A DNA stretch of 64,000 nt from Candidatus Helarchaeota archaeon (GTDB lineage Archaea; Asgardarchaeota; Lokiarchaeia; Helarchaeales; RDOG01). The translations under genes were made by a program, and so were the position numbers. Shown here piece after piece: positions 1 through 10,265 of this stretch. The DNA lies in the NCBI GenBank assembly GCA_019058315.1, contig JAHPZH010000005.1, positions 32,001 through 96,000 of the forward strand. The letters run 5' to 3'. How positions within the stretch are numbered: position 1 is the first letter of the stretch; each line of letters starts with the position of its first letter. A model generated the notes under the pieces. That model did no database searches, was not told the origin of the DNA, and worked only from the letters and a program-made list of their open reading frames with translations.

Positions 1-1265
1 CCATCCTTCATTTTAATAACAACTTTGCCTCCAAAATACATTCTAAATTTTTCTGCATCAGTGCTTTTTAATTTTAAATCCTCAATTCCGCTTCCAGATA
101 ACCCAGAAGCAATACCAGCTGTTTTTGCTGTAAGTCCTATATCCATCGATAACTGAACTTTTTTAGATAATTCTTGGATTTCGGGGTCTGTAATTCGCTC
201 TTCTGTAAATTGATCAGGAGTTAATTTTTTGTCAATAAGTATAACAGCTACATTATAAGGTATGGAAAAATTCAGTGCTGTATGAGATTTAGTTCTTTTT
301 ATTTCTTCTAAATTTGTGAATGGTCTAGATAAATCATCCATTGTTGGCATTAGGATCGTTCCGGAAACATCTATTTTTTCAATTTCATGATAATCTAGAC
401 CTGGATTTTTCTGAAGGATTTCAAGTAAACAATCTGCGACAGGGTCTAGGTAGGCACAGCCAGGGTAGATTTTATAACAAATTGTTTCTGTTACCCAAAA
501 TTCTCCTAAGGAAACATCTATAAAATTAGTTAGAGGAACATCTGCATTAAAATTACACCATCCAACTGGATTTTCAAAAATATCCAAAGCACCTGTAAAC
601 CCATCTTTAGCAAGGTATGCAGAATGGATCCCTATTTTTGCTGGGACTGCAGCTGTTAGAAGTTTTGCCATTGGACCCATAAATCCACGATATGTACAAG
701 TGGTAGGAATAGCATATGCGATACCAAGAGAATTTGCAATCTGATCTTCTGTTGAACCTAAAATTCTTCCAGCTATACATGCTGAGCTTGCTAAATGAAT
801 AAAGCTTAAAGTTTGCCCATTCAAAGGTCCAATAATGACCGAAGCTCCAACTCTTCCAGCAATTTCATTGCCTATAAGAACATTTGTTATTAATTCCTTT
901 CCACTAATCTTGTATTTTTCACCAAGGGCTAATGAGACATTTACAGCAGATACACCAGTATGTCCTGCATATAAATAATCAACATAATCAAGAGCAATAG
1001 TTGACGCAGCATTTATGTAAACAGCATTTTCCAAGGATGTTTTATCTCCAGATGGAAATATTGTAACATCTTTTCCACCATTAAAGTTCTCAAGTGTACA
1101 TTTTCTAAGGATTTTAGCGGCTAAAGTTTGTGATCCTGCGTACATCCCACCTAAAACACCTAAGATTTCATCTTTCGCTTTTTTAATCACTGTATCTGGT
1201 ATTTTATTAAATGATAAATTTTTAACAAATTTCCCTATATTTTGAGCTTTTGTATCCAAATTCAT
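1..1265 (-). CDS. MmgE/PrpD family protein (3'-partial, runs off left edge; absent from ORF track)
   Basis: Manual translation from ATG at 1265: MNLDTKAQNIGKFVKNLSFNKIPDTVIKKAK...ALDYVDYLYAGHTG...GNEIAGRVG...GFTGALDIFENPVG...YKIYPGCAY...LNFSIPYNVAV...KMKDG. Open to position 1 and collinear with paralog 4844-6292. Confidence 0.9.
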   Translation of the reverse strand, partial: MNLDTKAQNIGKFVKNLSFNKIPDTVIKKAKDEILGVLGGMYAGSQTLAAKILRKCTLENFNGGKDVTIFPSGDKTSLENAVYINAASTIALDYVDYLYAGHTGVSAVNVSLALGEKYKISGKELITNVLIGNEIAGRVGASVIIGPLNGQTLSFIHLASSACIAGRILGSTEDQIANSLGIAYAIPTTCTYRGFMGPMAKLLTAAVPAKIGIHSAYLAKDGFTGALDIFENPVGWCNFNADVPLTNFIDVSLGEFWVTETICYKIYPGCAYLDPVADCLLEILQKNPGLDYHEIEKIDVSGTILMPTMDDLSRPFTNLEEIKRTKSHTALNFSIPYNVAVILIDKKLTPDQFTEERITDPEIQELSKKVQLSMDIGLTAKTAGIASGLSGSGIEDLKLKSTDAEKFRMYFGGKVVIKMKD

Positions 1266-1269
1266 CCCT

Positions 1270-1671
1270 CTATTTAAATTTTAAAATTTTTAATGAAATT
1301 AGACTCGAAAGTAAAATTGAAAACATCATTGCATTCATCCAATTTGCTCTTAAATTACTAATTTTTGCTACCCCAGAAACAACATTATATATTAAAGTTT
1401 CTTCACCTGTAAAGACTCGAATCCACATATCTTTTTGAGATTTTATACTAAAATTAATAGCTGGATTTTTTTCAGTTGATATCTCTTGCTTATCTTGACT
1501 AATTACCAGAGAAAGATAAGGTGTTTTCTTCTCATCCGTAATTTCCAAGTTTGTAGCAACACTTAAATTTAAAGCGTTTAATAAATCTGTTCCCCCAAAT
1601 TCAGAAAGTCTCTCAAAAATTAGACCTATCCTTTGAGCTAGAACTTGAAAATATTCGATTATTTCAGTCAT
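1270..1671 (-). CDS. SCP2 sterol/lipid-binding domain-like protein
   Basis: 133 aa with SCP2-like pattern (PAINFSIKS..MWIRVFTGEETLIYNVVSGVAKI). Similar to 6302-6685 and 4 bp upstream of the MmgE/PrpD gene. Confidence 0.6.
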   Translation of the reverse strand: MTEIIEYFQVLAQRIGLIFERLSEFGGTDLLNALNLSVATNLEITDEKKTPYLSLVISQDKQEISTEKNPAINFSIKSQKDMWIRVFTGEETLIYNVVSGVAKISNLRANWMNAMMFSILLSSLISLKILKFK

Positions 1672-1953
1672 AAAATCCTAACCAATTAATAATTTATTTT
1701 TTAATTTTATTTGCTATATCTTATTAAAAAATTTCGCTTATATTTACTAATATAAATCATAATTAAATCCAAAAAAGTTTTTATTTTGCCTTTCTAAATT
1801 TAGTGAAAGAAATAGATAAATTATAATTATATCACAATTTTAATAATATGAGTAAATTAAGTGTGAAAGAAAAATTCAGAACTAACAAGTGAAATATAGT
1901 AAAAAATCAAGTTTCTAATATTTATAATGAGTTAGATAAAATAGGTGAAATAA

Positions 1954-3123
1954 ATGGCATATAATGTGGGCAAAAAGATGTTGAACATGTTTTTAAATGA
2001 ATTTCTACGAAAACAAGGAAATAGTATAGGAGCAGTGGAAAAATATTTCAATAAAATACAAAATAATGAAAAAAGTGACTTAGAAAGGAAAATTTCAGAT
2101 TCTGAATCTAGAATTAATTCGAACATGAAAGATATTGAGCGAATTAAAAAGGATATAAAAACGTCAAAAGATAAAAAGAAGGATAAAGAAAAAGAATTGA
2201 ACCGGAAACAAGACCTTGTTAATGAACTTAAAAATAAGATTAAAGAATATAGTAAAACTATAAGTAAATTGCCGGGAAATGCTAAAGATAAAGTTAATGA
2301 AGTAAGAAGCATATTAAAAGAATTTTATAAGTTATCAACTGCTTTTTCTAAAATTTCAACAGGAAAAATAGATATCGATAAGATTATGAAGACGGGTGAT
2401 GATCATTTTAATTACGTAATGAGGCTGAATAATCTAATACCATTTGGTGAATTTATAAGAGATTCGAAATTAGAATTTAAAATAAGTCGCCCTAGAAAAG
2501 AGGTTAAAATCGCTGGTTATAACCAATATATAGCATATTTTTTAGAAACAATATTATATTACATATTAGAAACAGTAGAAGAAGAAAAATTATATAAAAT
2601 TAAAGAGGAATTTGCAGAGAAAGCATTAAGTTATGCTAAAGGCATAATAAAATATGCCAAAGCTGCAAAAAGTACCGATATTGATTATTTCACAGCTTTA
2701 GAAAAGTTATGTGAGAGTGAATATATTTCAGCACTAGCACACCAAGAATTTAGTAATTTTAATTTAGAAAATGCTACAAGTTATTTTTTAGGGGCCAGAA
2801 ATTTATTAAAAGAATTGAATAATTTAGGAAAAAATATTGATACATTAATTTCGGAAAAAATAAATATATTAGAAGCTTGGGCTTCTGATGCTTATCATTT
2901 GATATATTTATTTAATTCTTATAACCGCTGGGCAAATGTTGCGAATTCTGAAAATCCAGAAATAAAAGAAATTGCACAAATTACGAAGGATAAAGTTGAA
3001 GATTTTATTACAAGCCAATATGGCTTCCCAGAAGAGAATAAAATTGAAGAAATCATTAAAAAAATTAAATGGATTGCACCATCTACACCTATCAAATTGG
3101 AGAAGATAGGACCCACTCATTAA
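1954..3123 (+). CDS. Hypothetical protein, N-terminal coiled coil plus C-terminal alpha-helical domain
   Basis: 389-aa ORF with K/E-rich heptad region at about aa 30-125. GGTGA SD-like motif upstream. Confidence 0.7.
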   Translation: MAYNVGKKMLNMFLNEFLRKQGNSIGAVEKYFNKIQNNEKSDLERKISDSESRINSNMKDIERIKKDIKTSKDKKKDKEKELNRKQDLVNELKNKIKEYSKTISKLPGNAKDKVNEVRSILKEFYKLSTAFSKISTGKIDIDKIMKTGDDHFNYVMRLNNLIPFGEFIRDSKLEFKISRPRKEVKIAGYNQYIAYFLETILYYILETVEEEKLYKIKEEFAEKALSYAKGIIKYAKAAKSTDIDYFTALEKLCESEYISALAHQEFSNFNLENATSYFLGARNLLKELNNLGKNIDTLISEKINILEAWASDAYHLIYLFNSYNRWANVANSENPEIKEIAQITKDKVEDFITSQYGFPEENKIEEIIKKIKWIAPSTPIKLEKIGPTH

Positions 3124-3194
3124 ATTTATTTATATGCAGAAATTTCGCATCTACTCAAGTTTTATATGTTGATGTTAGAGTAAAGGTGTTTTAA

Positions 3195-4838
3195 TTGTCA
3201 AAAAATAATGAAGAAGAAAATGAAAAATCTGATGTGCATGTAATAGAAAAGAAAACAAAATCTTTATATTGGCTTAGATTGGGTTTTTTTAGCTTTGTAT
3301 TTTTGGTTTTTTTCTTTTTTACAGCATTAGTCCTTAATATTTTACCCACAAACGACTTTTATCAAACTTTCATTGATATAATTAGAGAGATTCTAATTTT
3401 ACCTTTAGGACAAACATATTCTTTAGCAGTACCTCAAGAATTATGGCATAATGAAGCAGTATATATTACTTCGGCAATAATTTTAATGTTTTTCACCATA
3501 GGACTTCTTTGTGCAAATGAAGGATTTAAGAATTTCCTCTTTGAAGGATCTTTAAAAAAATGTGCGATTGTTCAAATTCTGTTCTTTTTTTTATTTCTAA
3601 TTGGCTTTTTAAGACTTTTTGTAGTCATGCCTAAGTATTTTGTTATTAATTTACCTAATGGTGAATATAAGATTCTGACTCCAGTTTTTATTCTAATAGC
3701 AGCAACAATAACTTGGCTTATTTTTCAAACATTTGCATTATTCAGACAATCTCGAAGCTCTGCTTCATCAGCTGAGGGATTTTTTTTAAAACATGATAAC
3801 ATAGCTACCTATTCTCTTGTAGTTACTTCGACTTTCTGGGGTTTAATTATAATCGGAGGTTTTGGTTATGGCTATTATATCTTTATAAACATAGCTAGTA
3901 CTTTTGGTGTTGAAACTGACCTTTGGAAAATAATATCCTTAATCATTGGTGGTGCTGTTGTAGTTTCTTGTCTTGTTGCATTTTTCCTTTCAATATTTTC
4001 TAGAACTGAAAAACGTCAACGTATGTACGATAATTTTGCCATAATGGCTACAAATATTTCACTATGGCCTTATATTTTATTAAATTTGGCAATTTATTTT
4101 TTCCTAACTTCATCTGGAGTTGCCGGAGGAGGTGCTGGAGCAGGTAGAGTTCTTTCTATTACAGATTTAGCGATTTCTGTTGTTACTTTAATAATAAGTA
4201 TGAGGGGACTTGGTTCAAAAACTGAGTGGAAATTTGGACCTCTTAAACGTGAAAGTTTTATATTGACTATTTATAGTGCTATTGCGGGTCAATATGGAAT
4301 TCGATATTTAATATTCAGACAACAGCTTATTCCAATAAATATATCAGATTATTTTTCAGTCTTTATTTTAAATGAATTATTAGTCGTTCCGAAGCTAATA
4401 GATCCAGGACTTTTTTGGTTTTATATAGGTCTATTTTATATCGACTTAAACCCCTTTTTTAATACTTATATAATTGATCCACGAATTGAGTTCCTTATAA
4501 ACATGGGTAATCTTATTACTTCTTTTGCAGTTATAGCTCTCTTAATCGGTGCTTTAGTAATGTATGCAACCCATAAAGAAAAATTTGGTGAGATTTTTAG
4601 AATCCACGATGTTGGAGCCAAAGAGGGAAGAATTACTGCAGATTTTATCTATGATTTTATGAAGGAAGAGTTTATAAGACGAAATAAACCCTTTCCAATA
4701 TACGAAATTCAAGAAATTTTGGCTAAATCTCTTGAGTTGGATGTTAATATGACATTAAGACTTATTAATAAATCGGATTTAAGACATAAGGATTTCAATA
4801 TAGATGGAAAGAAAAAGAGATATGTGTATTTCGATTAA
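3195..4838 (+). CDS. Multi-pass membrane protein with soluble C-terminal domain
   Basis: 547 aa with roughly 10-12 hydrophobic segments and a soluble ~85-aa C-terminus. Confidence 0.75.
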   Translation: MSKNNEEENEKSDVHVIEKKTKSLYWLRLGFFSFVFLVFFFFTALVLNILPTNDFYQTFIDIIREILILPLGQTYSLAVPQELWHNEAVYITSAIILMFFTIGLLCANEGFKNFLFEGSLKKCAIVQILFFFLFLIGFLRLFVVMPKYFVINLPNGEYKILTPVFILIAATITWLIFQTFALFRQSRSSASSAEGFFLKHDNIATYSLVVTSTFWGLIIIGGFGYGYYIFINIASTFGVETDLWKIISLIIGGAVVVSCLVAFFLSIFSRTEKRQRMYDNFAIMATNISLWPYILLNLAIYFFLTSSGVAGGGAGAGRVLSITDLAISVVTLIISMRGLGSKTEWKFGPLKRESFILTIYSAIAGQYGIRYLIFRQQLIPINISDYFSVFILNELLVVPKLIDPGLFWFYIGLFYIDLNPFFNTYIIDPRIEFLINMGNLITSFAVIALLIGALVMYATHKEKFGEIFRIHDVGAKEGRITADFIYDFMKEEFIRRNKPFPIYEIQEILAKSLELDVNMTLRLINKSDLRHKDFNIDGKKKRYVYFD

Positions 4839-4843
4839 ATAAA

Positions 4844-6292
4844 TTATTTTAAAACTAAATTTTGGATGAAATCTTGGATTTTTAGATCCTCTAAAGATTC
4901 TACTACATTTGAGATTTCTTTGATTTGATTATCAGACATGCCGATATACCTAGCTTCTTGAGCCATTTTTTTATTTAAGTCATATTTTTCTCCACCTGCT
5001 GCTCCAATAGGTATATCTTGTTTTGCAGAGTAACTTGAACCATCTTTCATTTTTACCTTAATTTTACATCCACAATACATTTTCCAATTTTTTAGATCCA
5101 ACTTCCCTATCCCCTCTCGCATCAATTTCCAATCAATGGTTTGTGCACTCTTCATGGAATAGCCTAAATCTGGTTTAACTTCTATTTTTTTAATAAGTTT
5201 GTGAACATCAGGATTAGTAATCTTATCCATAGTTAATTGGGCTGGTGTTAATTTTTTTTCTATCAATATAATAGCAACATTATAAGGTAAGTAAAAATTG
5301 AGTGCCACTGCACTTTGAGTTTTTTTCAATTCAGATATATCAACGAAAGGGCGACTCATATCATCCATCATTGTGCTCAAGATAGAAGCATTGACTATGA
5401 TTTTATCGATATCCCTATAATCCAGTTCGGAATCAGTTCTCTCTCGATATTTTTGAAGAATTTTTAATGTAACATCAGCTGAAGAGTCAACATAAGCACA
5501 TCCGGGATAAATCTTGAATGTCATTGTCTCTGTCAGCCAACCTGTTCCTAAATCACTATCTAGAATAGAAAGAATAGGTTCATCACCAAAAAAATTTAAA
5601 AATCCTTGTGGGTCTTCAAAAATATTAGTAGCACCAGTAAAACCACTTTTTGCAAGGTATGCAGCTTGTGCACCGACTTGAGCAGGAATAGAAGAGCTTA
5701 AAAGTTTGGATTGGGGACCAAAAAAACCTCTAGGTATTGTAGTAGGGACTTGATAAAGAGATATACCAATTGCATTTGTAAGCTGCTCTTTGTTTAAGCC
5801 TATAATGCGTCCAGCTATACAAGCTGCACCGATAGAATGAATAAATGTTTGTTGTTGACCTTCTCCTGGTGGGTAAATAGCCATTCCAACCCTACCCTCG
5901 ATTTCATTCCCTATAACTACTGCAGTTAAGTATTCTTTTCCAGAAATATTATATTTTTCTCCAAATGCCAGGGGAACTGAGTAGGTAGTAGTTCCTGCAT
6001 GGATAGTACCTAGATAATCATCATAATCTAGTGCCATTGATAGGCCTGCATTTGCATAGAACGCATTTATTACATCAGTCCTTACTCCTGAAGGTATAAT
6101 AGTGGCTTCTTCCTTCGAACCGAATGATTCAATAGTTTTAACTAGGTTTTTTCCGCCGATGGTAGTAGATCCCGCAAATGCTGCCCCAAACATACCTAGA
6201 ATTTGTTGCTTTGCGATTTTAATTATTCTATCAGGAATATCATCATATTTTAGATTTAAAACCCAATCAGCTATATTTTCACTTTTTGTCAA
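4844..6292 (-). CDS. MmgE/PrpD family protein
   Basis: IADWVLNLKYDDIP, ALDYDD...H, GNEIEGRVG, GFTGATNIFE..GF, FKIYPGC motifs typical of the MmgE/PrpD fold. Confidence 0.9.
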   Translation of the reverse strand: MTKSENIADWVLNLKYDDIPDRIIKIAKQQILGMFGAAFAGSTTIGGKNLVKTIESFGSKEEATIIPSGVRTDVINAFYANAGLSMALDYDDYLGTIHAGTTTYSVPLAFGEKYNISGKEYLTAVVIGNEIEGRVGMAIYPPGEGQQQTFIHSIGAACIAGRIIGLNKEQLTNAIGISLYQVPTTIPRGFFGPQSKLLSSSIPAQVGAQAAYLAKSGFTGATNIFEDPQGFLNFFGDEPILSILDSDLGTGWLTETMTFKIYPGCAYVDSSADVTLKILQKYRERTDSELDYRDIDKIIVNASILSTMMDDMSRPFVDISELKKTQSAVALNFYLPYNVAIILIEKKLTPAQLTMDKITNPDVHKLIKKIEVKPDLGYSMKSAQTIDWKLMREGIGKLDLKNWKMYCGCKIKVKMKDGSSYSAKQDIPIGAAGGEKYDLNKKMAQEARYIGMSDNQIKEISNVVESLEDLKIQDFIQNLVLK

Positions 6293-6301
6293 AAAATCAC
6301 C

Positions 6302-6685
6302 CTATAATTTAATCTTCATATTTAAAAGAAAAGATATTAATCCGGAAAGTAGAAAAATATTAAACCTATTACTACGATATTTATTTGCTTTTAATCGAGC
6401 TGAAGTATATGCCCCAAATAGGGAAATTTTACCATCAAATATTTCATTCCATGTATTGACATCTGAAGAAATTGTCATAATCGCAAACGGACTTTTTCCT
6501 TTCTCTAATTTACTACCAGAAGGAGATAGGATTAAATAATAAGGTTCCATTTCTGGAATTTCTAAATTGATAATCATGTTTAAATTGAGAACATCAGGGG
6601 CTTCTTCTCCTACAGATGAAGAGATCATAGATTTAATTTGTTCAATTTTTGAAGCTAAAGTATTAAACCTCTCAATTAAAGCCAT
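6302..6685 (-). CDS. SCP2 sterol/lipid-binding domain protein
   Basis: TWNEIFDGKISLFGAYTSARLKA matches the SCP2 'G.l....A...G.lk' signature. Confidence 0.7.
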   Translation of the reverse strand: MALIERFNTLASKIEQIKSMISSSVGEEAPDVLNLNMIINLEIPEMEPYYLILSPSGSKLEKGKSPFAIMTISSDVNTWNEIFDGKISLFGAYTSARLKANKYRSNRFNIFLLSGLISFLLNMKIKL

Positions 6686-6802
6686 TTTAAAAAACCCATT
6701 TGATCTTTTTCATATTTTAATTTTCTTAAATTCATTAAATAAATATATTTTATATTCATAAAATATATTAGTTACTTGAGAAAAAAGTAGGTAAATAAAA
6801 AA

Positions 6803-7612
6803 ATGGGCTACTATGACATAATGGCTAGTAGAATGATGCTTAATACATTATTGTACACCATTTCTGAATTGAGTAAAATAAATGAGAGAATAAAATCTAT
6901 GAATAAAGACCAAAAAATGATAATTAAGGTTGAAATTGGAAGAGGTGGACCAACAGAATATTTGAATATTAACAATGATATAATAACTTTTGAAAGAGAT
7001 AAAGTATATCCTAATTATGATGCGTATATTAGTTTTAATAATCCTTTAGAATTCTTGAAACTCTTAAAAAACTTAAAAATTAATTTAGAGCAACTAAAAG
7101 CTGAAGGGAAAATAAAGTTAGGAGGACCACCTAATTTTCAAAAAAATTGCGAAGAAATCATCAATATTGCTCTGCCATATTACAACGATGAATTAGGAGA
7201 AGATATTTCCCCGGAGGATGAGCTTCTTCAAGTTAAATTTATCCTTTTCGCTCTTATGGCAGGATTTCAAGAAATTGCCGAAGAAGATGAAAATGTTCGT
7301 GAAGAAATTAAAGGAATAAACGTTAGCATTAAAGTAAAAATAGTTGATGGTCCACAATGCTTTTTGTTATTTCAAAATGGGACATTTAGAGGATGTATGG
7401 ATGGGGAAGGGGTGAAGCCGACTGTAGTTATTAAATTAAAGGATCTTGAGACCGCTAGAGCCTTGCTTACTGGGAAGGGGGATGCAGCCAAGTCTTTTAT
7501 GAGGGGTGATATCTTAATAGAAGGGGAAACTAAACATGCAATGAAATTAGTTAATATAAATGAGCTTTTAACTGATTATTTGGATTATATTAAAGCAAAA
7601 ACAAAAAAGTAA
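6803..7612 (+). CDS. Tandem SCP2-domain protein
   Basis: Two SCP2-like halves (..KAEGKIKLGG; LLTGKGDAAKSFMRGDILIEGETKHAMKL). Confidence 0.8.
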   Translation: MGYYDIMASRMMLNTLLYTISELSKINERIKSMNKDQKMIIKVEIGRGGPTEYLNINNDIITFERDKVYPNYDAYISFNNPLEFLKLLKNLKINLEQLKAEGKIKLGGPPNFQKNCEEIINIALPYYNDELGEDISPEDELLQVKFILFALMAGFQEIAEEDENVREEIKGINVSIKVKIVDGPQCFLLFQNGTFRGCMDGEGVKPTVVIKLKDLETARALLTGKGDAAKSFMRGDILIEGETKHAMKLVNINELLTDYLDYIKAKTKK

Positions 7613-7840
7613 TGAAAATTTACTTTTATTAACTAAAGAATTTTAACATCTATAAAAACATATATTAAAATCCATTTATTTTTATTAATTCGTGATTTAA
7701 TTATCATGAGACCCGTTAAATTTCACGATTATAATAAAAGATAAATCAGAAAAAATTAGAAAAATCTGGTATATTTTAAAAAATAATGATTTTGGAGCGT
7801 ATAAAGGAATTATAATAAAGAATAGATTCCTTAATTTGAG

Positions 7841-8581
7841 ATGATTAATTTGAGCCACGAATTAATTGTCATTGGAGCTAGCGGGATACCAATTTACACA
7901 GTTAAAATTGATCCAGAATCATTATTAAGATCTGGTTTTTATAAGGCTATTTATGATTTCGGAAGGCAACAAGATTCATGTCTTAGTCGGATTGAATTTT
8001 TAAACGGAAGATGTGCTTATTGCAATTATTATGAAGATAAAGATTTGCTTTTTTTTATAACAATCGATGTTTATCATTTTAAAGAAGGCATAATGCTTAA
8101 GATAGAAAGATTATACAACCAAATATTCAGAGATATGGAACAGCCAGAAGGTGAAATCACACCATCTGAAGAATTAATTGAAAACGTAGAATATATCTTA
8201 AGGGAGAAGTTTATTAGAGAACAAATCTTAGCAAAGCAAGATAGTATAAGAGAAGTAATTCAAGAAATACTACAGAGCCCAGAAATTAAAGCTGTTTCTA
8301 TTCATACTTTAGATAATACTCCTATTATTTTTGCAGGTTCAAATATTGATTTAATAATAAAATGGTTAGTAAAATGGAATTTAGCTCACCCTCCCGCTCC
8401 TTATGAATTTGAGTTTGGTAACTATCTTGATGATAAGACCCTACAAGGAATTATAATGAATTCGGGGATTAGCCTTAAAAACGATAAGAATTTCATTCTT
8501 TATTATATTTTTGGAGAATCGGCTAATCTTGGGTTTCATATGGACTGGTTATCAGCCAAATTGAATAAAATCATAGGTTAA
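7841..8581 (+). CDS. Longin-like domain protein with second roadblock/profilin-like domain
   Basis: N-term LIVIGASGIPIY...LLRSGFYKAIYDFG is the Asgard longin pattern. The C-term half begins IKAVSIHTLDNTPII. Confidence 0.55.
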   Translation: MINLSHELIVIGASGIPIYTVKIDPESLLRSGFYKAIYDFGRQQDSCLSRIEFLNGRCAYCNYYEDKDLLFFITIDVYHFKEGIMLKIERLYNQIFRDMEQPEGEITPSEELIENVEYILREKFIREQILAKQDSIREVIQEILQSPEIKAVSIHTLDNTPIIFAGSNIDLIIKWLVKWNLAHPPAPYEFEFGNYLDDKTLQGIIMNSGISLKNDKNFILYYIFGESANLGFHMDWLSAKLNKIIG

Positions 8582-8609
8582 TTATCAGATCGATTTTGGT
8601 ATTAATAAA

Positions 8610-9233
8610 ATGAACAATAAACAACCCTTAGGGAAAATCGAGAAAAAAAAGCTTGAAAAAATCAAAGGTCGTAGGGTTGTTGAGGTTCCATTATTATTTA
8701 AAGTTAATTATCCCTATTTATCAGAAGAAATTAATGAAGAATATTCAAAAAAATTAAGAGAATATGCTGAAAATTTACAGCAGTGGATAAAGAAATTCAA
8801 ATTAGATATCGGAAAAATTGATAAAATTTATCTTCAAGCTCTTAGCGAAGAAATTATTGATGATTTAGATAGACTAGATTATATTAAAAATAAAGGGAAT
8901 ATTTATAGTGAAATTATAAAAAATTTGATTGAAAATGGTGCAAAACCACAAATAACGGAAAATTCAGAACTTGTTCACGAGTCTATGGCTTGGCTATCGA
9001 GAATCTTGGGTCCTGACGCTCTTGAGGTGGATTTTCAGTTATTTCTTGATACAATTAAAGATCGTGATGCATTTATTGTTAAAAGGATAGAAGAAACTCT
9101 TAAAGAAGGCGAAACAGCTTTATTATTAATAGGGATTGAACATTCTTTTACATTCCCAAAGGATATCGAATATATAAAATTTCGACCTCCTATGGTCGAT
9201 GAAATTATTAAATTAATAAGATTTAAACCTTAG
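8610..9233 (+). CDS. Hypothetical protein
   Basis: 207-aa ORF, co-oriented with the upstream gene. C-term RDAFIVKRIEETLKEGETALLLIGIEH suggests a TIKI/EreA-like alpha/beta fold (weak). Confidence 0.65.
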   Translation: MNNKQPLGKIEKKKLEKIKGRRVVEVPLLFKVNYPYLSEEINEEYSKKLREYAENLQQWIKKFKLDIGKIDKIYLQALSEEIIDDLDRLDYIKNKGNIYSEIIKNLIENGAKPQITENSELVHESMAWLSRILGPDALEVDFQLFLDTIKDRDAFIVKRIEETLKEGETALLLIGIEHSFTFPKDIEYIKFRPPMVDEIIKLIRFKP

Positions 9234-9311
9234 AGTTATAAATTGTTTTAAAAATATTTAAAAAAACAGGAAATAAAATAAAAAAAGAATAATTAATTCA
9301 TTAAGTTTTTC

Positions 9312-10157
9312 TTAAGTCATAAGCTTCTTTTTAATTTTTTGAACAATATCATTGAATGCTTTGGCAGCTTCAGCGTCAGAATGCTTTACTATATAAGGTT
9401 CACCCTTGTCTTCTTCTACTCTGATCAGAGGATCAATTGGAATTGCACCTAAAAAGGGAACATCAAAGTCTTTAGCAGCTTTTAATCCACCACCTTCACC
9501 AAATAAGTCAATCTTTTCACCGCATTTAGGACATGTAAATCCACTCATATTTTCAATAATGCCGAGGACAGGAGTATTCAATTGTTTAGCCATATTGATC
9601 GCTTTTCGGGAATCTAATAATGCGACATCCTGTGGTGTAGTGACTATGATTACTTGTGCTCCTTTTATTAGCTGAAGGACAGAGAGTGGTTCATCTGAAG
9701 TTCCAGGGGGATTATCAACAATTAAAAAATCCAATTCACCCCAATTGACATCTGTAATAAATTGTTTAATTGCACCCATTTTCAATGGACCCCGCCATAT
9801 TACTGGAACATCTTCATTTTGTAATAAAAATCCCATCGACATAATTTTCATATTCAAAGGTCCGAATATTGGGGAAATACCTTTTTCAGTACCTGATGAG
9901 GGAGGGAGTGCAATGTTTTTCCCTATCATTTTGGGAACATTAGGACCCGTTATATCTACATCTAGTAGACCTACACGAAAGCCATTAAGAGCTAGTGAAA
10001 GTGCTAAATTTACTGCAACAGAGGTTTTTCCAACTCCGCCTTTACCACTCATAATAACGATTTTATGTTTAATTGTTTCAAGTTTCTTTGCTATTTGGCG
10101 ATCTTCTTCTTCAATTCTCTTTTTTTGTTCTTCTTTTAAATTTTCCATATAACTCAC
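9312..10157 (-). CDS. apbC: Mrp/NBP35/ApbC iron-sulfur cluster carrier ATPase
   Basis: SGKGGVGKT deviant Walker [36 protein letters not shown]. Confidence 0.95.
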   Translation of the reverse strand: MSYMENLKEEQKKRIEEEDRQIAKKLETIKHKIVIMSGKGGVGKTSVAVNLALSLALNGFRVGLLDVDITGPNVPKMIGKNIALPPSSGTEKGISPIFGPLNMKIMSMGFLLQNEDVPVIWRGPLKMGAIKQFITDVNWGELDFLIVDNPPGTSDEPLSVLQLIKGAQVIIVTTPQDVALLDSRKAINMAKQLNTPVLGIIENMSGFTCPKCGEKIDLFGEGGGLKAAKDFDVPFLGAIPIDPLIRVEEDKGEPYIVKHSDAEAAKAFNDIVQKIKKKLMT

Positions 10158-10265
10158 AAATTACACAAAGATTTTAAACTTTTATGCTTTATTGTTATTC
10201 AAATATGAAATATTTTTGAAAGTTTTAGTTATAAATAGCAACTTATTTTTTTAGGTAAAAACATT

